This document shows positions 53,792-64,000 of a stretch of DNA of 64,000 nt, in pieces (the first letter of the stretch is position 1; every line of letters starts with the position of its first letter). The stretch is from Polyangiales bacterium (GTDB taxonomy: Bacteria > Myxococcota_A > Polyangia > Polyangiales > JADJQN01), in contig CAXNJO010000005.1 in the NCBI GenBank assembly GCA_964202905.1, positions 1 to 64,000 on the forward strand. Reading direction: 5' to 3'. The position numbers were made by a program, and so were the translations under genes. Under the pieces are notes generated by a model, which was not told where the DNA came from, did not search any database, and saw only the letters and a list, made by a program, of their open reading frames with translations.

Positions 53792-55051
53792 ATGCGCGCC
53801 GTGACGGAGCCGACGGATCTCGTCCTCGTGGACGCGGACGGGTCGCTGCACGCGGCCGGCCGCAGCGCCGAGCGCTGGCTGCGCGAGCACCCGGGCCGCT
53901 ATCGGCTCGTCGTCGCCGCGGACGGGCTGATGGTCCTGCACGGCGAGCGCGGGGCGACCCCGGCGACCGGGCCGCGCACGCTGATGGCCGGCGAGATCCT
54001 CACCGGCACCACGGTGCTCGAGCTGATCAACATCATCGCCAACGCGAGCTGGCGCGGCGATCTGCGCGTGTTCTCCGGCGGGCACGTCCGCACGCTCAGC
54101 TTCGAGCGCGGCGCGGTGAAGAACGCGCACAGCGACCACCCGGACGACCGCCTCGGCGAGGTGCTCTTCCGCCTCGGCGTGGTGACCCGCGCGGAGCTCG
54201 ACGCGCTGCTGCGCGAGGTCACGCCGGAGCGCCGCTTCGGCCAGCTCGTCGTCGAGCGCGGGATCGCGGACCGCGAGAAGCTCTTCCAGTTCCTGCAGAA
54301 GCAGGTCGAGAGCATCTTCCACGCGGTCGTGCTCGTGCGCGACGGGAGCTACGCCTTCACGACGCCCGACGAGAGCCGCGCGCCCGCGCCCGCGACGGTG
54401 CACCTGCACGCGCAGAGCCTGCTCATGGAGGGCGTGCAACGCATCGACGAGATGGCGCTCTTCCGCGAGCGCATCCCGCACGGGCGCCTCGTGCCGCAGG
54501 CCCTCGCGGGGGTGACCGGCAAGGTCGACGCCGAAGCCGCGAAGGTGCTCCCGTGGTGCGACGGGACGCGCACGCTCGAGGAGATCGGGCGCGAGTCCGG
54601 GATCGGCGAGTTCGGCACGACGAAGGCGCTCTACCACCTCGTGCAGGCAGGCCGCGTCGCGCTCCACGACTCGCGCCGCAGCGTCGTCGACGCCGCGCAG
54701 GTGCAGGCCCTCGTCGCGCAGTTCAACGACGTCATCCGCGACATCTTCCTCGCGGTCGCCGCGTACGGCGGCAGCGCGCAGACCCGCGACACGCTCGAGG
54801 CCTGGGTGCAGGGGAGCGGCTACGGCCCGTTCTTCGGCGAGAGCGTCGGCGCCGACGGCAGCATCGACCCCGCACGCGTCGCCGCCTCGCTCGCCGCGGT
54901 CGAGGTCGACCATCCGCTCGACGCGCTGCACCAGGCGCTGCACGAGCTCGCGGCCTTCGCGCTCTTCGCCGCGACGACCTGCCTCCCGCGCGACCAAGAG
55001 CTCGTGCTCTCGCGCGACGTGAACCGCCGCCTCAAGGGGATCCGCGTCTGA
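53792..55051 (+). CDS. DUF4388 (PATAN-like) domain protein
   Basis: MAGEI...LELINII....RGDLRV...RTLSFERGAV..AHSD..DRLGEVL, RFGQLVVERG, LLMEGVQRIDE. Confidence 0.85.
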   Translation: MRAVTEPTDLVLVDADGSLHAAGRSAERWLREHPGRYRLVVAADGLMVLHGERGATPATGPRTLMAGEILTGTTVLELINIIANASWRGDLRVFSGGHVRTLSFERGAVKNAHSDHPDDRLGEVLFRLGVVTRAELDALLREVTPERRFGQLVVERGIADREKLFQFLQKQVESIFHAVVLVRDGSYAFTTPDESRAPAPATVHLHAQSLLMEGVQRIDEMALFRERIPHGRLVPQALAGVTGKVDAEAAKVLPWCDGTRTLEEIGRESGIGEFGTTKALYHLVQAGRVALHDSRRSVVDAAQVQALVAQFNDVIRDIFLAVAAYGGSAQTRDTLEAWVQGSGYGPFFGESVGADGSIDPARVAASLAAVEVDHPLDALHQALHELAAFALFAATTCLPRDQELVLSRDVNRRLKGIRV

Positions 55052-55136
55052 GGGCACCCCGCGCCGCGCAGGGCCCCCGCGCGGTCTGGGCCCCCCGCCG
55101 TTGACAAGCGCGCCCCCGAGCCCCAGCACTGCGCCC

Positions 55137-55391
55137 ATGATCGAACCCGAGATCCTCGAAGCCCGCATCCGCGCCGCGATCCCCGACGTCACCCTCGTCC
55201 GCATCGAGGACCTCACGGGCGGCCGCGATCACTTCCAGGCGACGGTCGTCGCGCCGAGCTTCGCGGGCCTCACGCGGGTCGCGCAACATCAGGCCGTGTA
55301 CCGCGCGCTCGGCGAGCTGATGGCCGGCCCCGTGCACGCGCTCGCCCTCTCCACGCACACCCCCGAGACCTACAAGCGCGTGCTCAAGTAG
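55137..55391 (+). CDS. bolA: BolA/IbaG family protein
   Basis: DHFQATVVAPSFAGLTRVAQHQAVY...VHALALSTHTP. Confidence 0.93.
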   Translation: MIEPEILEARIRAAIPDVTLVRIEDLTGGRDHFQATVVAPSFAGLTRVAQHQAVYRALGELMAGPVHALALSTHTPETYKRVLK

Positions 55392-55411
55392 CCGCGCAGG
55401 AGACGCCACCC

Positions 55412-55735
55412 ATGGACGACGCCACCCGCCAGAAGATCCAGACGCTCATCGACACCCACCCCGTCGTCGTGTTCATGAAGGGCACGAAGACCTTCCCGCA
55501 GTGCGGCTTCTCCGCGACCGTGGTCGAGGTGATGAAGCGCCTCGGCACCGACTTCCACGACGTGAACGTCCTCGCCGACCCGGCCATCCGCCAGGGCGTG
55601 AAGGACTTCGCCAGCTGGCCCACGGTCCCGCAGGTCTACGTCGGCGGGAAGTTCCTCGGCGGCTGCGACATCGTCCGCGACATGTTCACGAGCGGCGAGC
55701 TGGAGCCGCTCGTCCGCGAAGCCGCGCAGAAGTAG
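55412..55735 (+). CDS. grxD: Monothiol glutaredoxin Grx4
   Basis: FMKGT..FPQCGFS, WPTVPQVYVGGKFLGGCDI. Confidence 0.97.
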   Translation: MDDATRQKIQTLIDTHPVVVFMKGTKTFPQCGFSATVVEVMKRLGTDFHDVNVLADPAIRQGVKDFASWPTVPQVYVGGKFLGGCDIVRDMFTSGELEPLVREAAQK

Positions 55736-55799
55736 GGCGGGTGAGAATCCGATTCTCCGCGGGTGCGCGGAGTGCGGAGTCACCGAGACGGACTCGGGT

Positions 55800-56648
55800 T
55801 CAGGGCGAGAGCATGAATCCGAGTCCGACGCTCGCTTCGCCGCCCATCCCCGCGTCGAGGACGCCCGTGAAATCGAGGAAGACGGGGCCGAGCAGGATGG
55901 CGCCGCGGTATTGGAATCCCCACTTCGAGCGGTCCTCGTCCTCCCAGCCGAAGGGCCAGTAGAAGAGCTCGACCTCGTTCATGAACGTCACGAACTTCGT
56001 CTCGATCCAGCCGATTCCGAGGCTCGCGGCGCCGGGATACATGAGTTCGCGCCGCCCCGTCGACCGGTCGACGTCGCCGAGAAACTGGAATCCCTGGCGA
56101 TAGCCCGCGTAGGCATACGTGACGCCCGAGATCCAGCCGGGCGGTTCGTACCACTGACGCGTCGTGCGCGTCGTCGTGCACCACGTCGAATAGACGCCGG
56201 GCGTGCACTGCGTGTTGTCGCTGGTGCTCTGGCGAATCCCACCTTGGTCCCAGGTGTGGACGTTCGAGAAATACCCCACCCGCAACTGGCCCATCAGCGG
56301 GATACCGGCCCCGCGCGGCGCGAAGCCGTCGACTCGCCCGCTGAGATACAGGCCGGAATCCCCCGCGACACCGAGCATCGAGCTCACGGCGGCGTGATAC
56401 GTGACGGGGAATCCGTCGCCGGGGATGTAGCCCTGTCCGCTCAGCGGATATCGATATCCCACATCGATGATCAGGTTGTTCGGCCGCCCCTGCAGCGTGC
56501 GACCGAGCTCGTCCGCGCGCGCCGCGCGGGGCCGAACCGCGACGACGAGCGCCACGACGACGAGCGCCGCGACGACCCACTCCGCAAACCGCCTGTCGAT
56601 CGGCCCGCGCTCGAACACTGCCTCCCATCGAAGCATCGGATCCCCCAT
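55800..56648 (-). CDS. Hypothetical exported beta-strand-rich protein (possible outer-membrane barrel)
   Basis: Signal-like N-terminus, alternating aromatic/Gly strands, ends ASVGLGFMLSP. Confidence 0.7.
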   Translation of the reverse strand: MGDPMLRWEAVFERGPIDRRFAEWVVAALVVVALVVAVRPRAARADELGRTLQGRPNNLIIDVGYRYPLSGQGYIPGDGFPVTYHAAVSSMLGVAGDSGLYLSGRVDGFAPRGAGIPLMGQLRVGYFSNVHTWDQGGIRQSTSDNTQCTPGVYSTWCTTTRTTRQWYEPPGWISGVTYAYAGYRQGFQFLGDVDRSTGRRELMYPGAASLGIGWIETKFVTFMNEVELFYWPFGWEDEDRSKWGFQYRGAILLGPVFLDFTGVLDAGMGGEASVGLGFMLSP

Positions 56649-56685
56649 GTCGATTCGGTCTCTGGCTGCCCCCGGTCTCCGCGCC

Positions 56686-57183
56686 TCAGATCGGCGGGTC
56701 GGGGAAATCGCATTGTGGCGCGGGGACGGGCGCGCAGTCGGCGAGGATGTTCGGGCCGCCCATGAAGAGGCGCATCGACTCGGGCTTCGCGGCGCACTTG
56801 AGGATGTCGCACGCGGGGATCGTGACGGTGCCGCTGGTCGTCTCGACCTCGGTGTCCTTGATGACCGGCAGGCTCGCGCCGCACCGCGTGAAATAGCTGC
56901 GAATCTGGTCCTGGTAGGCCGCGGGGAAATCCGCGACGCCGTTGCAGTTGAAGAGGAGCGTCGTCGCGCCGGGGCAGAGCGCGAGGCTCGCGTTGCGGTA
57001 CTCGCAGGCGAAGCGCGCGCAGTCGCCCTCGATGGTGCCGTCCGACGCGGCGCACTCCGCGGTCGTGTTGAGGTCGCGCGGGGGCGGACCGGCGTCCGTA
57101 GGGGTGTCGGCGTCGTCGCCGCACGCGGCGAACACGAGCGGCAGCACGAGCGCGAAGGCGGTGAGCAGGCGGCGCGGCGGCAT
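56686..57183 (-). CDS. Cys-rich lipoprotein
   Basis: Lipobox FAAC, TDAG linker, about 10 further Cys. Confidence 0.8.
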   Translation of the reverse strand: MPPRRLLTAFALVLPLVFAACGDDADTPTDAGPPPRDLNTTAECAASDGTIEGDCARFACEYRNASLALCPGATTLLFNCNGVADFPAAYQDQIRSYFTRCGASLPVIKDTEVETTSGTVTIPACDILKCAAKPESMRLFMGGPNILADCAPVPAPQCDFPDPPI

Positions 57184-57195
57184 GGGGGGCCGAGC

Positions 57196-59109
57196 CTAAA
57201 CGGACGGCGGCAGCGAGGCCAGCGGGGTCGGCGCGCCCGCGTCGCGGCAGGCGATGCCGACGAGGCGCTGCGGGGCGGCGATGCCCGTGAGCGACGCCTC
57301 GAAGTGCCGTGTCGAGCGGCCCTCGAGCAGCGTGCGCACCCCCGGGTGCGCGGCCGTCTCCTCGGTGACGACGACCTCGCCCGCGCGGGCCTGCGCCTGT
57401 AGCCGCGCGGCGAGGTTCACGGTGCCGCCGAAGAAGTCGAGGTGGTCGTTCGCGCGCACCGCGAGGCAGGCGCCCGCGTGCACGCCGAGCTTCACGCCGA
57501 GGCCGAGCGCGCCGTGCTGCGCATCGTTCGCCGCGACCATCTCGGCCGCGGCGCGCACCGCGAGCGCGGGCGTCGCGAAGGTCGCCATCACCGCGTCGCC
57601 CATCGTCTTGACGATCGCCCCCTCGTGCGCGGTGATCACCCGCGCCATCGCGCGGAAGTGCTCTTCGACGATGGCGAACGCGCGCGCGTCGCCGACCCGC
57701 TCGTAGAGCGCGGTCGAGCCGGTGAGATCGCTGAAGAGCACGGCGAGCTCGCCGATCGCGAGGTCCACGCCGGTCGCCGGGGCCTCGGTCGCGAAGAGGT
57801 CGAGGAAGTCCGGGAAGCTCGCGACCACGCTGCCGAGCACGGCGTCGGCCGACCAGCCCGCGCGCTCGAGCAGCACGGTGACGGGCTCCGCGCCCTCGTT
57901 GCGGACGCACACCTGCGCGGTGTCGCCCGGGGCGAGCGCGCCCTCCGGGTGCACCGTGAGTCCCTCCGGACCGAGCGCGAGCCGCAGCGACGCCGGCGCG
58001 ACGCCGAGCGTGAGCGCGACGCCGTCCGTCCGACCGAGCACGCGGGCGTGCAGGTCGCCGGGCACGAGCGGCGCCGGCACGCTGCGCGCTTGCCCGGGCG
58101 CCACGCGGAACTGCGCGAGGACGTGCGGCCGGAAGGCCGGGCTCGAGGCGCAATAGACGCGCGGCTGCGTGCGGCGCACCGCGGGGTTCGCCTGGAACAC
58201 GGCCTCGACGTAGCGCCCGAAGTCGACGCCCCACGCGACGTCGCACGCCTGGCAGTGCACCTTCCGGTCGACGTCCGCGAGGCCATCGACCACGGCGGAG
58301 GCGACGCGGCACACGGGGCAGTTCACCTGCCAGCGCAGGTCGACGAGCCCCGCCCGCGTCGCGTGCAGGAAGAGCCGCAACACCGCGCGCTTGTCGAGGC
58401 CCCAGGCGCGCGCCACCTCGAACGGCCGGAGCTGCGCGAGCTCCTCGTCGGGGCGCTCCTCGAGCAGCGCGCGGAGCCGCTCGATGAGGGCCGGGTCGAC
58501 CGTGCCGGCGCGCGCGAGCTTGTCCGCGCGGTGCCGGAGCTCCGGCAGATCGGTGGCCGAGCGCTCGCCCGACACGATCGCGTCGTAGCCGGTCATGAGC
58601 GCGCGGCGCACGCGCACGACCGCGGGCTCATCGTCCGCCGCGTCGCTCCCCGGGCCGGCGCGCCCGAGCGCGGCCTCGATCGCGTCGAGGTAGCGCACGA
58701 GCGCGGCGCGGTTCCGCTGCCGCACCACGCGCCCGATCACGGCCATCAGCGGGCCACTGCCGGAGACCCACGCCGTCGCGTCGACGCGGGTGCGACCGTC
58801 CGGCTCGGTCGCGAGCGCGACGCGGAGCCCGCCCCCGGACGCCGGCCCCTCGATGAACCGCCGTTCACCTTCGATGAGGTAGCCCTCCGACCACTCGTAG
58901 GGCGGCTCGTACCAGACGAGCGACTGCCCCAACTCGCGCGCGGCGCCGACGTACTCGCGCCGGCCGTCGACGAGACGCCAAGCATACGCCCCGGGCGCGA
59001 GACCGGCGGCGCGGTTCCAGCGGTTCGTGTCCGCGACGAGCGCCCACACGACCGCGCGCGGTGCCCGCAGCGTCCGCGTGAGCGTGGCCTCGTAGCGCTT
59101 CGCGGGCAT
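57196..59109 (-). CDS. Class III adenylate cyclase with N-terminal SRPBCC-like and DUF5939-like domains
   Basis: VWALVADTNRWN, CPVCR..CQAC, FSDLTGST, VKTMGDAVM, DFFGGTVNLAARLQ (K/D residues indicate ATP specificity). Confidence 0.9.
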   Translation of the reverse strand: MPAKRYEATLTRTLRAPRAVVWALVADTNRWNRAAGLAPGAYAWRLVDGRREYVGAARELGQSLVWYEPPYEWSEGYLIEGERRFIEGPASGGGLRVALATEPDGRTRVDATAWVSGSGPLMAVIGRVVRQRNRAALVRYLDAIEAALGRAGPGSDAADDEPAVVRVRRALMTGYDAIVSGERSATDLPELRHRADKLARAGTVDPALIERLRALLEERPDEELAQLRPFEVARAWGLDKRAVLRLFLHATRAGLVDLRWQVNCPVCRVASAVVDGLADVDRKVHCQACDVAWGVDFGRYVEAVFQANPAVRRTQPRVYCASSPAFRPHVLAQFRVAPGQARSVPAPLVPGDLHARVLGRTDGVALTLGVAPASLRLALGPEGLTVHPEGALAPGDTAQVCVRNEGAEPVTVLLERAGWSADAVLGSVVASFPDFLDLFATEAPATGVDLAIGELAVLFSDLTGSTALYERVGDARAFAIVEEHFRAMARVITAHEGAIVKTMGDAVMATFATPALAVRAAAEMVAANDAQHGALGLGVKLGVHAGACLAVRANDHLDFFGGTVNLAARLQAQARAGEVVVTEETAAHPGVRTLLEGRSTRHFEASLTGIAAPQRLVGIACRDAGAPTPLASLPPSV

Positions 59110-59202
59110 GGCGCGCAGCGTATCGCGAAGGCGCAGCGCGCTCCAACATGGCGCGCGGGTCGGCGCGGCCGAGGGGCCGACACCGCAAGGAGGTTGCGGT
59201 GT

Positions 59203-60492
59203 TCAGCGGAGGGCCGCGAGCCGGGCCTGCGCGATCCCCGAGTCGGGGTCGCGGGCGAGCGCATCCCGCCACGCGGCGCGCGCTCTCTGGCGATCACCGC
59301 CGCGCTCGTGGAGCAGCGCGAGGTTCATGAGGGGGTGCGGGTCGCGCGCGTCGAGCGCCGCGGCGCGGGCGAGCGCGGCCGCGGCGCCCTCGCGATCGCC
59401 GAGGTGCGAGAGCGCGGCGCCGAGCCCGTTGTGCGCGGCGGCGAGGTCGGGGGCGCGGGCGAGCGCTTCGCGGAAGGCGCGCACGGCGGCCTCCGTGTCG
59501 GCCGAGGCGAAGAGCGCGTTGCCGAGCTTGAGCCAGCTCGCCGCGTCGGTGTCCTCGCGCTCGAGGGCCTCGCGGTAGAGGCGCACGGCCTCGCGCGGAT
59601 CGCCGAGATCCGCGGCCAGATCGCCGAGCGCGAGCACCGGCGCGGCGTCGTTGGGCGCGAGCTCGGCGGCACGGCGGAAATCCTCCTCCGCGCCGCGCGC
59701 ATCGCCCGCGGCGGCGCGCCCGAGGCCGCGCCCGAAGATCGCGTCGGGGTCGGCGGGCGCGAGCCGTGTGGCCCGCTCGAAGGCCGCGAGCGCGTCGCCG
59801 TGCCGCCCGGTCCGGCGCAGCAGCGAGCCGAGGTTCACGAGCGGCACCGCGTCGCGCGGGTCCGCCTCCGACGCGCGACACAGGTCTTCTTCGGCGCCCG
59901 CGAGGTCGCCCGCGTGCTCGCGCACGAGGCCGCGGCGGTTCCAGAGCCCGCCGACCCCCGGCGCGACGGCGAGCGCGCGATCGAGGAGCGCACGCGCGCG
60001 CGGCTCGTCGCCCGCGTCGGTGGCGAGGTCCGCAGAGAGGGCGAGCGCGCGCGGATCGGTGGGCGCGAGGGCGAGCGCGCGGTCGAGCGCACGACGCGCC
60101 GGCGCCTCCTGCCGACGCCGCATCGCGATGGCCGCGCGCAGCACGAGCACGCGCGGCGTGTCCCCCAGCCGCAGGCGCGCCGCGTCGAGTGCCCCCTCGG
60201 CGAGCACGAGATCGCCGCGCGTGTAGTCCTCGAGCGCCTCGGCATAGTGACGGAGCCCGACGGTCTCCGAATCCCCGGCACCGAGCGACTCCGCACGCGC
60301 GAGCAGCGAGGCCGCGGTCGAGGCCTGCACGCGGTCGAGCTCGGGGGCCTCCGCGAGCGGCGCGTCGAGTCGCGCCTTCGCCTCGGTGACGAGCCGCGCG
60401 ACCTCGGCGTGCTGCCAGACCGCGTACGAGACGACGGACGCGGCGCCAGCCGAGGCGACGGCGAACGCGAGGAGCAGGGGGCGACGCTTCAT
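59203..60492 (-). CDS. Tetratricopeptide-repeat protein
   Basis: N-terminal TM and many TPRs (LWNRRGLV, PLVNLGSLL, SWLKLGNAL, AHNGLGAAL). Confidence 0.9.
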   Translation of the reverse strand: MKRRPLLLAFAVASAGAASVVSYAVWQHAEVARLVTEAKARLDAPLAEAPELDRVQASTAASLLARAESLGAGDSETVGLRHYAEALEDYTRGDLVLAEGALDAARLRLGDTPRVLVLRAAIAMRRRQEAPARRALDRALALAPTDPRALALSADLATDAGDEPRARALLDRALAVAPGVGGLWNRRGLVREHAGDLAGAEEDLCRASEADPRDAVPLVNLGSLLRRTGRHGDALAAFERATRLAPADPDAIFGRGLGRAAAGDARGAEEDFRRAAELAPNDAAPVLALGDLAADLGDPREAVRLYREALEREDTDAASWLKLGNALFASADTEAAVRAFREALARAPDLAAAHNGLGAALSHLGDREGAAAALARAAALDARDPHPLMNLALLHERGGDRQRARAAWRDALARDPDSGIAQARLAALR

Positions 60493-60583
60493 GGGCCCGG
60501 ACGGTCCGACCCCGATCCGAGGCGGTCAAGTTTTCGACACGGCGCGGGCGTTCGACCGGGCCTGCACCCGCGAGACCGACGGC

Positions 60584-61876
60584 TCAGGGCGCGGTCCAAC
60601 CACAGCTCGCCTGCGCGCCGGGCAGAAGCGCGACGAGGGCGCGCCAGTCCTCGGCGACGCGCGCGTCGACGGGCGGATCGCGGCGGAGCAGGCGCGTGGT
60701 GACGCCCCGTGAATTGCGCGCCCACTCCTCGGCGAGCGCGACGAGCGCGTCGGCGTCACGTCCGATCTGCCCGCTGCGGCGCGCCGCCGCTCCGGAGCGA
60801 CCCTCACCCGAACCGTCCGCCTCGAAGGCGTCGATCTCGTCGAAGTAGGCCGCCGCACGGGCGAACCCCGCGACGCGTTGCAGGCGCAGCTCCGTGAGCG
60901 CGCGGGCAGACCGGCAGCGCGCGTCATCCGTCCCGAGTCGCGCGGCGACGGCCTCGAGGGCCGCCCCGATGGCCGCGAGATCCGCACGCACCGCGGGCTC
61001 CCAGCGCCACGACTCCCCCGACAGCCGCGTCATGCCGGCCAGTCGCACCGCGTCGGCGCGGGCCGGATCGACGGGCTCGACGAGCGCGGTGATGCGCCGG
61101 AGGATGGCCGCGCGCGTACGCTCCACTGCGCGCACCGTCTCCGCGTCGGGGATCGGCTCGCCGGTGTTCTCGAGGAAGGCGAAGTAGTCGCCCTGCAGGG
61201 CGCGCCACGCCGGGACGAGCGCGCCGAGCTCCCGACGCAGCGCGCGCTCGAGGGCCACGGGGTCCACCGGAGCGACGACGCGGGCTGCGGGCAGCGCGCC
61301 GACCGCGACGCGCGGGAGCCGCGTGCCAGGGACCATCGAGGGCGCGCGACCGAGGATGCGCAGCTCCGCGATGCAGGCCTCCCGCCAGTCGCTCCGCAGG
61401 CCCGGTCGCAGCTCCGCGAGCTCGATGCGCCACACGCCGCCGCCGCCGCGCACGGGGATCGTGACGAACTCCGGGCGCTCGTGTTCAACGGGGAAGCGCC
61501 CGACTTCGACGCCCTCGCGCAGCACGCGGATCGCGGCGACGCGGTGATTCCCGCGGAAGAGGTCGCGATTCCCGCTCATGCCGGGGAAGCCGGGGATCAG
61601 CGAGATCGCCGTGACCATCGCGTCGGTCGGGAGGCGCACCTCGACCCACGCGCCGCTCAGATCGCCCGTCGCCGAATTCCAGGCGCCCGCCACATCGCCG
61701 TCGACGAGTCGCTCGGCCTGCACGCGCTGGTTCCGATAGACCGACGACACGGCGAGCTCGGTGCCGACCGCGCGGAGCAGATCGACCGGCTCCTGCGCGC
61801 GCGCTGCGGACCCTCCGAGGCCCCACGTCGCGAGAATCCACCCACCCATCACGGCCCCCCATCGCCACGCGTGCAT
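60584..61876 (-). CDS. Secreted protein with an N-terminal discoidin/galactose-binding-like domain
   Basis: Signal peptide; LAVSS...ERLVDGDVAGAWNS...GAWVEV...CIAELRILG; helical C-terminal half. Confidence 0.7.
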   Translation of the reverse strand: MHAWRWGAVMGGWILATWGLGGSAARAQEPVDLLRAVGTELAVSSVYRNQRVQAERLVDGDVAGAWNSATGDLSGAWVEVRLPTDAMVTAISLIPGFPGMSGNRDLFRGNHRVAAIRVLREGVEVGRFPVEHERPEFVTIPVRGGGGVWRIELAELRPGLRSDWREACIAELRILGRAPSMVPGTRLPRVAVGALPAARVVAPVDPVALERALRRELGALVPAWRALQGDYFAFLENTGEPIPDAETVRAVERTRAAILRRITALVEPVDPARADAVRLAGMTRLSGESWRWEPAVRADLAAIGAALEAVAARLGTDDARCRSARALTELRLQRVAGFARAAAYFDEIDAFEADGSGEGRSGAAARRSGQIGRDADALVALAEEWARNSRGVTTRLLRRDPPVDARVAEDWRALVALLPGAQASCGWTAP

Positions 61877-61977
61877 GGGTCTACCTGTCGCGAAATCGCC
61901 GCGGGAAGTCAACGGGGCAACCCAGCGCCTCGCGCGCATCGCATCCGCCCCGCAAATCGCGCACGCTGCGCGGCTCC

Positions 61978-63126
61978 ATGGCTGCCCCCGACGTCCCCCG
62001 CCCCTTTTTCGCCACCGCCGCGAAGGGCACCGAAGGCGTGCTCCGCGACGAGCTGCGTGCGCTGCGTTTGCCGGCGGTGCGCGCCGAGCGCGGCGGCGTG
62101 CGCTTCGGTGGCACGCGGCTCGACGCGCTGCGTGCGTGTCTCGGGAGCCGGCTCGCGGTGCGGGTGCTCGAGGAGGTGGGCCGCTTCCCCTGCCCGGACG
62201 GGGACGCGCTCTACGAGGGCGTGCGCGAGGCGTACCGCTGGGACGCGGTGCTCGACGTGCAGCGCACGCTCGCCGTCACGGCCGCGGTCAAGAGCGGGCA
62301 GCTCACGCACTCCGCCTTCGTCGCGCAGCGCACCAAGGACGCGATCGTGGACCAGCTCCGCGAGCGCTTCGGCGCGCGCCCCGACGTCGACCGTACGGAC
62401 CCGGACGTCGCGATCTTCGTGCACCTCTTGCGCGACGAGGCGGCCATCTACCTCGACGTGAGCGGCGCGTCGCTCCACCGCCGCGGCTGGCGCGCGAAGG
62501 CGCGGGAGGCGCCCCTCAAGGAGACGCTCGCGGCCGCGATGCTCCGGCTCGCGGGGTGGGACCGCGCGCGACCGCTCGCCGACCCGATGTGCGGCTCAGG
62601 CACGCTCGCGATCGAGGCCGCGCAGTGGGCGCGCGACATCGCGCCCGGCCTCTCCCGCAAGCGCTTCGGCGCCGAGCGCTGGGTCTCGCACGACGAGCGC
62701 GAAGCGCACGCGCTCACCGAGTTGCGCGAGGACCTCCGGGCCCGCATCCGCCCGGCCCACGCGTCGCCCGCGATCCTCGCCGCCGACCTCGACCCGCGCG
62801 CTGTCGCGCAGACCCGCGAGAACGCGCGGCTCGCCGGCGTTCCGGAGGTGCACGTCGTGCTGCAGGACGTGAGCGCGCTCGGCCCGGCCGAGCCCGCGGG
62901 GCACATCGTCGTGAACCCGCCCTACGGCGTGCGTCTCGCGGCCGGCGACGCGCTCGTCGCGCGCATGGCGGACGCGTTCCGCACGCTGCACGGCCACCGC
63001 GTCAGCGTGATCTGCGCGGACGACGCGCTCCCGCGCGCGCTCGCGCCGCTGCGCCCGCGGCAGGAGCACGCGCTCTGGAACGGCGACCTCGAGTGCCGGC
63101 TCTTCTCGTGGGACATCGACGCCTGA
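61978..63126 (+). CDS. THUMP-domain rRNA methyltransferase (RlmL-like)
   Basis: FATAAKGTE, SLHRRGWR, APLKETLAAAML, DPMCGSGTLAIEA, NPPYGVRL. Confidence 0.92.
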   Translation: MAAPDVPRPFFATAAKGTEGVLRDELRALRLPAVRAERGGVRFGGTRLDALRACLGSRLAVRVLEEVGRFPCPDGDALYEGVREAYRWDAVLDVQRTLAVTAAVKSGQLTHSAFVAQRTKDAIVDQLRERFGARPDVDRTDPDVAIFVHLLRDEAAIYLDVSGASLHRRGWRAKAREAPLKETLAAAMLRLAGWDRARPLADPMCGSGTLAIEAAQWARDIAPGLSRKRFGAERWVSHDEREAHALTELREDLRARIRPAHASPAILAADLDPRAVAQTRENARLAGVPEVHVVLQDVSALGPAEPAGHIVVNPPYGVRLAAGDALVARMADAFRTLHGHRVSVICADDALPRALAPLRPRQEHALWNGDLECRLFSWDIDA

Positions 63127-63335
63127 CGCGTCGCGCACGCGCATCGCTCGCGCGCGCACCCACGACTTGAACGGTCCGCGCGGACGTTCCGCTCGGACGC
63201 AGCGCGCCTGCGGCGACCGCGACGGGCCCCGCGTTGGACGATCGTCACACGGACGACGCGCCGCGCGCGGCCCGTGACCGAGTCGTGGCAGGCGCCGCAT
63301 GCGGCCGCGCGCCAGCTTCGGAGCGGAGGGGATCC

Positions 63336-64000
63336 ATGGAGAGCTTGGTCGTTCTCTCGGATGTGCATCTCGGCAGCGATGTCGGGCTCCCGGGCGCGCC
63401 GCCGCCGCCGCGTTCGCCGCAGATCGACGACGATCTCTGCCACCTCCTCGATCACTACCGCGCGAGGCCGCCCGAGGGGGAGCGCTGGCGCCTCGTGATC
63501 GCCGGCGACTTCATCGACTTCGTCGGCATGACGCTCCCGCCCGACGCGCTCGGTGCGGACAGCGCGCTCAACGACGAGGAGCGGCTCCACGGCCTCGGCA
63601 GCGCACCGGAGCACGCGCTCGCGAAGCTGCGCGCGGTGGTCGCGCGGCACGCCGACGTCTTCGCGGCGCTCGGCCGCTTCGTGGGCGCGGGCCATGCGCT
63701 GACGCTCGTGCGCGGCAACCACGACCTCGAGCTGCACTGGGACGAGGTCCGCGCCGAGCTGGTGCGCGTGCTCGTCGACGCGGCGCGGCGCGCGCACGCC
63801 GAGGCCGGATACGGCGCCCCGTTCGACGCGGCGGCGACGGCGGCCCGCATCGACGACGCGCCGTGGTTCTACGAGGTCGAGGGCGTGGCGTACATCGAGC
63901 ACGGGCACCAGTACGACCCGTTCTGCGCGATCGACCACGTGCTCGCGCCGCGACGCCCGCGCGACCCACGCCGCACCGCGCGCGGGTTCATCGACGTGCT
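63336..64000 (+). CDS. Partial calcineurin-like metallophosphoesterase
   Basis: Not in the ORF track because no stop lies in the window. Manual translation MESLVVLSDVHLG...LVIAGDFIDF...VRGNHD...IEHGHQYD. Confidence 0.88.
   Translation, partial: MESLVVLSDVHLGSDVGLPGAPPPPRSPQIDDDLCHLLDHYRARPPEGERWRLVIAGDFIDFVGMTLPPDALGADSALNDEERLHGLGSAPEHALAKLRAVVARHADVFAALGRFVGAGHALTLVRGNHDLELHWDEVRAELVRVLVDAARRAHAEAGYGAPFDAAATAARIDDAPWFYEVEGVAYIEHGHQYDPFCAIDHVLAPRRPRDPRRTARGFIDV

Overview
Very GC-rich chromosomal window from a myxobacterium, most likely Polyangiales (Sandaracinus/Sorangium-like). This is inferred from a MYXO-CTERM-type tail, Cys-rich 'DAG/PDAS'-linker lipoproteins and the DUF4388-bolA-grxD order. 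The backbone is ordinary: osmC, lolA, argJ-secA, fur, fabD, bolA-grxD, an rlmL-like methyltransferase, an adenylate cyclase and glycosyltransferases. Three things stand out. (1) A 10,944-bp island is bracketed by a 330-bp direct repeat of the 3' end of a Kelch-protein gene (4766-5095 and 15710-16039). It contains an IS91/ISCR-type rolling-circle transposase pseudogene, a six-gene Arn-like aminosugar/surface-glycosylation operon with an ATP-grasp ligase, and gene fragments cut at the junctions. This matches the layout of ISCR1 complex integrons, but with a chromosomal gene as the recombination anchor. (2) A Tad/Flp pilus locus (cpaB-tadB-tadC-FHA-flp-cpaA, plus tadE/tadG-like pilins) has no ATPase or secretin in the locus, resembling the split Myxococcus Kil predation system. 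It embeds a plant-like GH19 chitinase lipoprotein and Cys-rich lipoproteins. (3) An intergenic region at 35520-36190 has a consensus sigma-54 promoter, an upstream palindrome, a pyrimidine-rich tract with repeated UUCGC motifs and an 18-bp terminator-like hairpin, making it a candidate ~385-nt ncRNA. Several single-base frameshifts in otherwise intact genes may be sequencing errors. All assignments come from reading motifs by eye; no searches were run.
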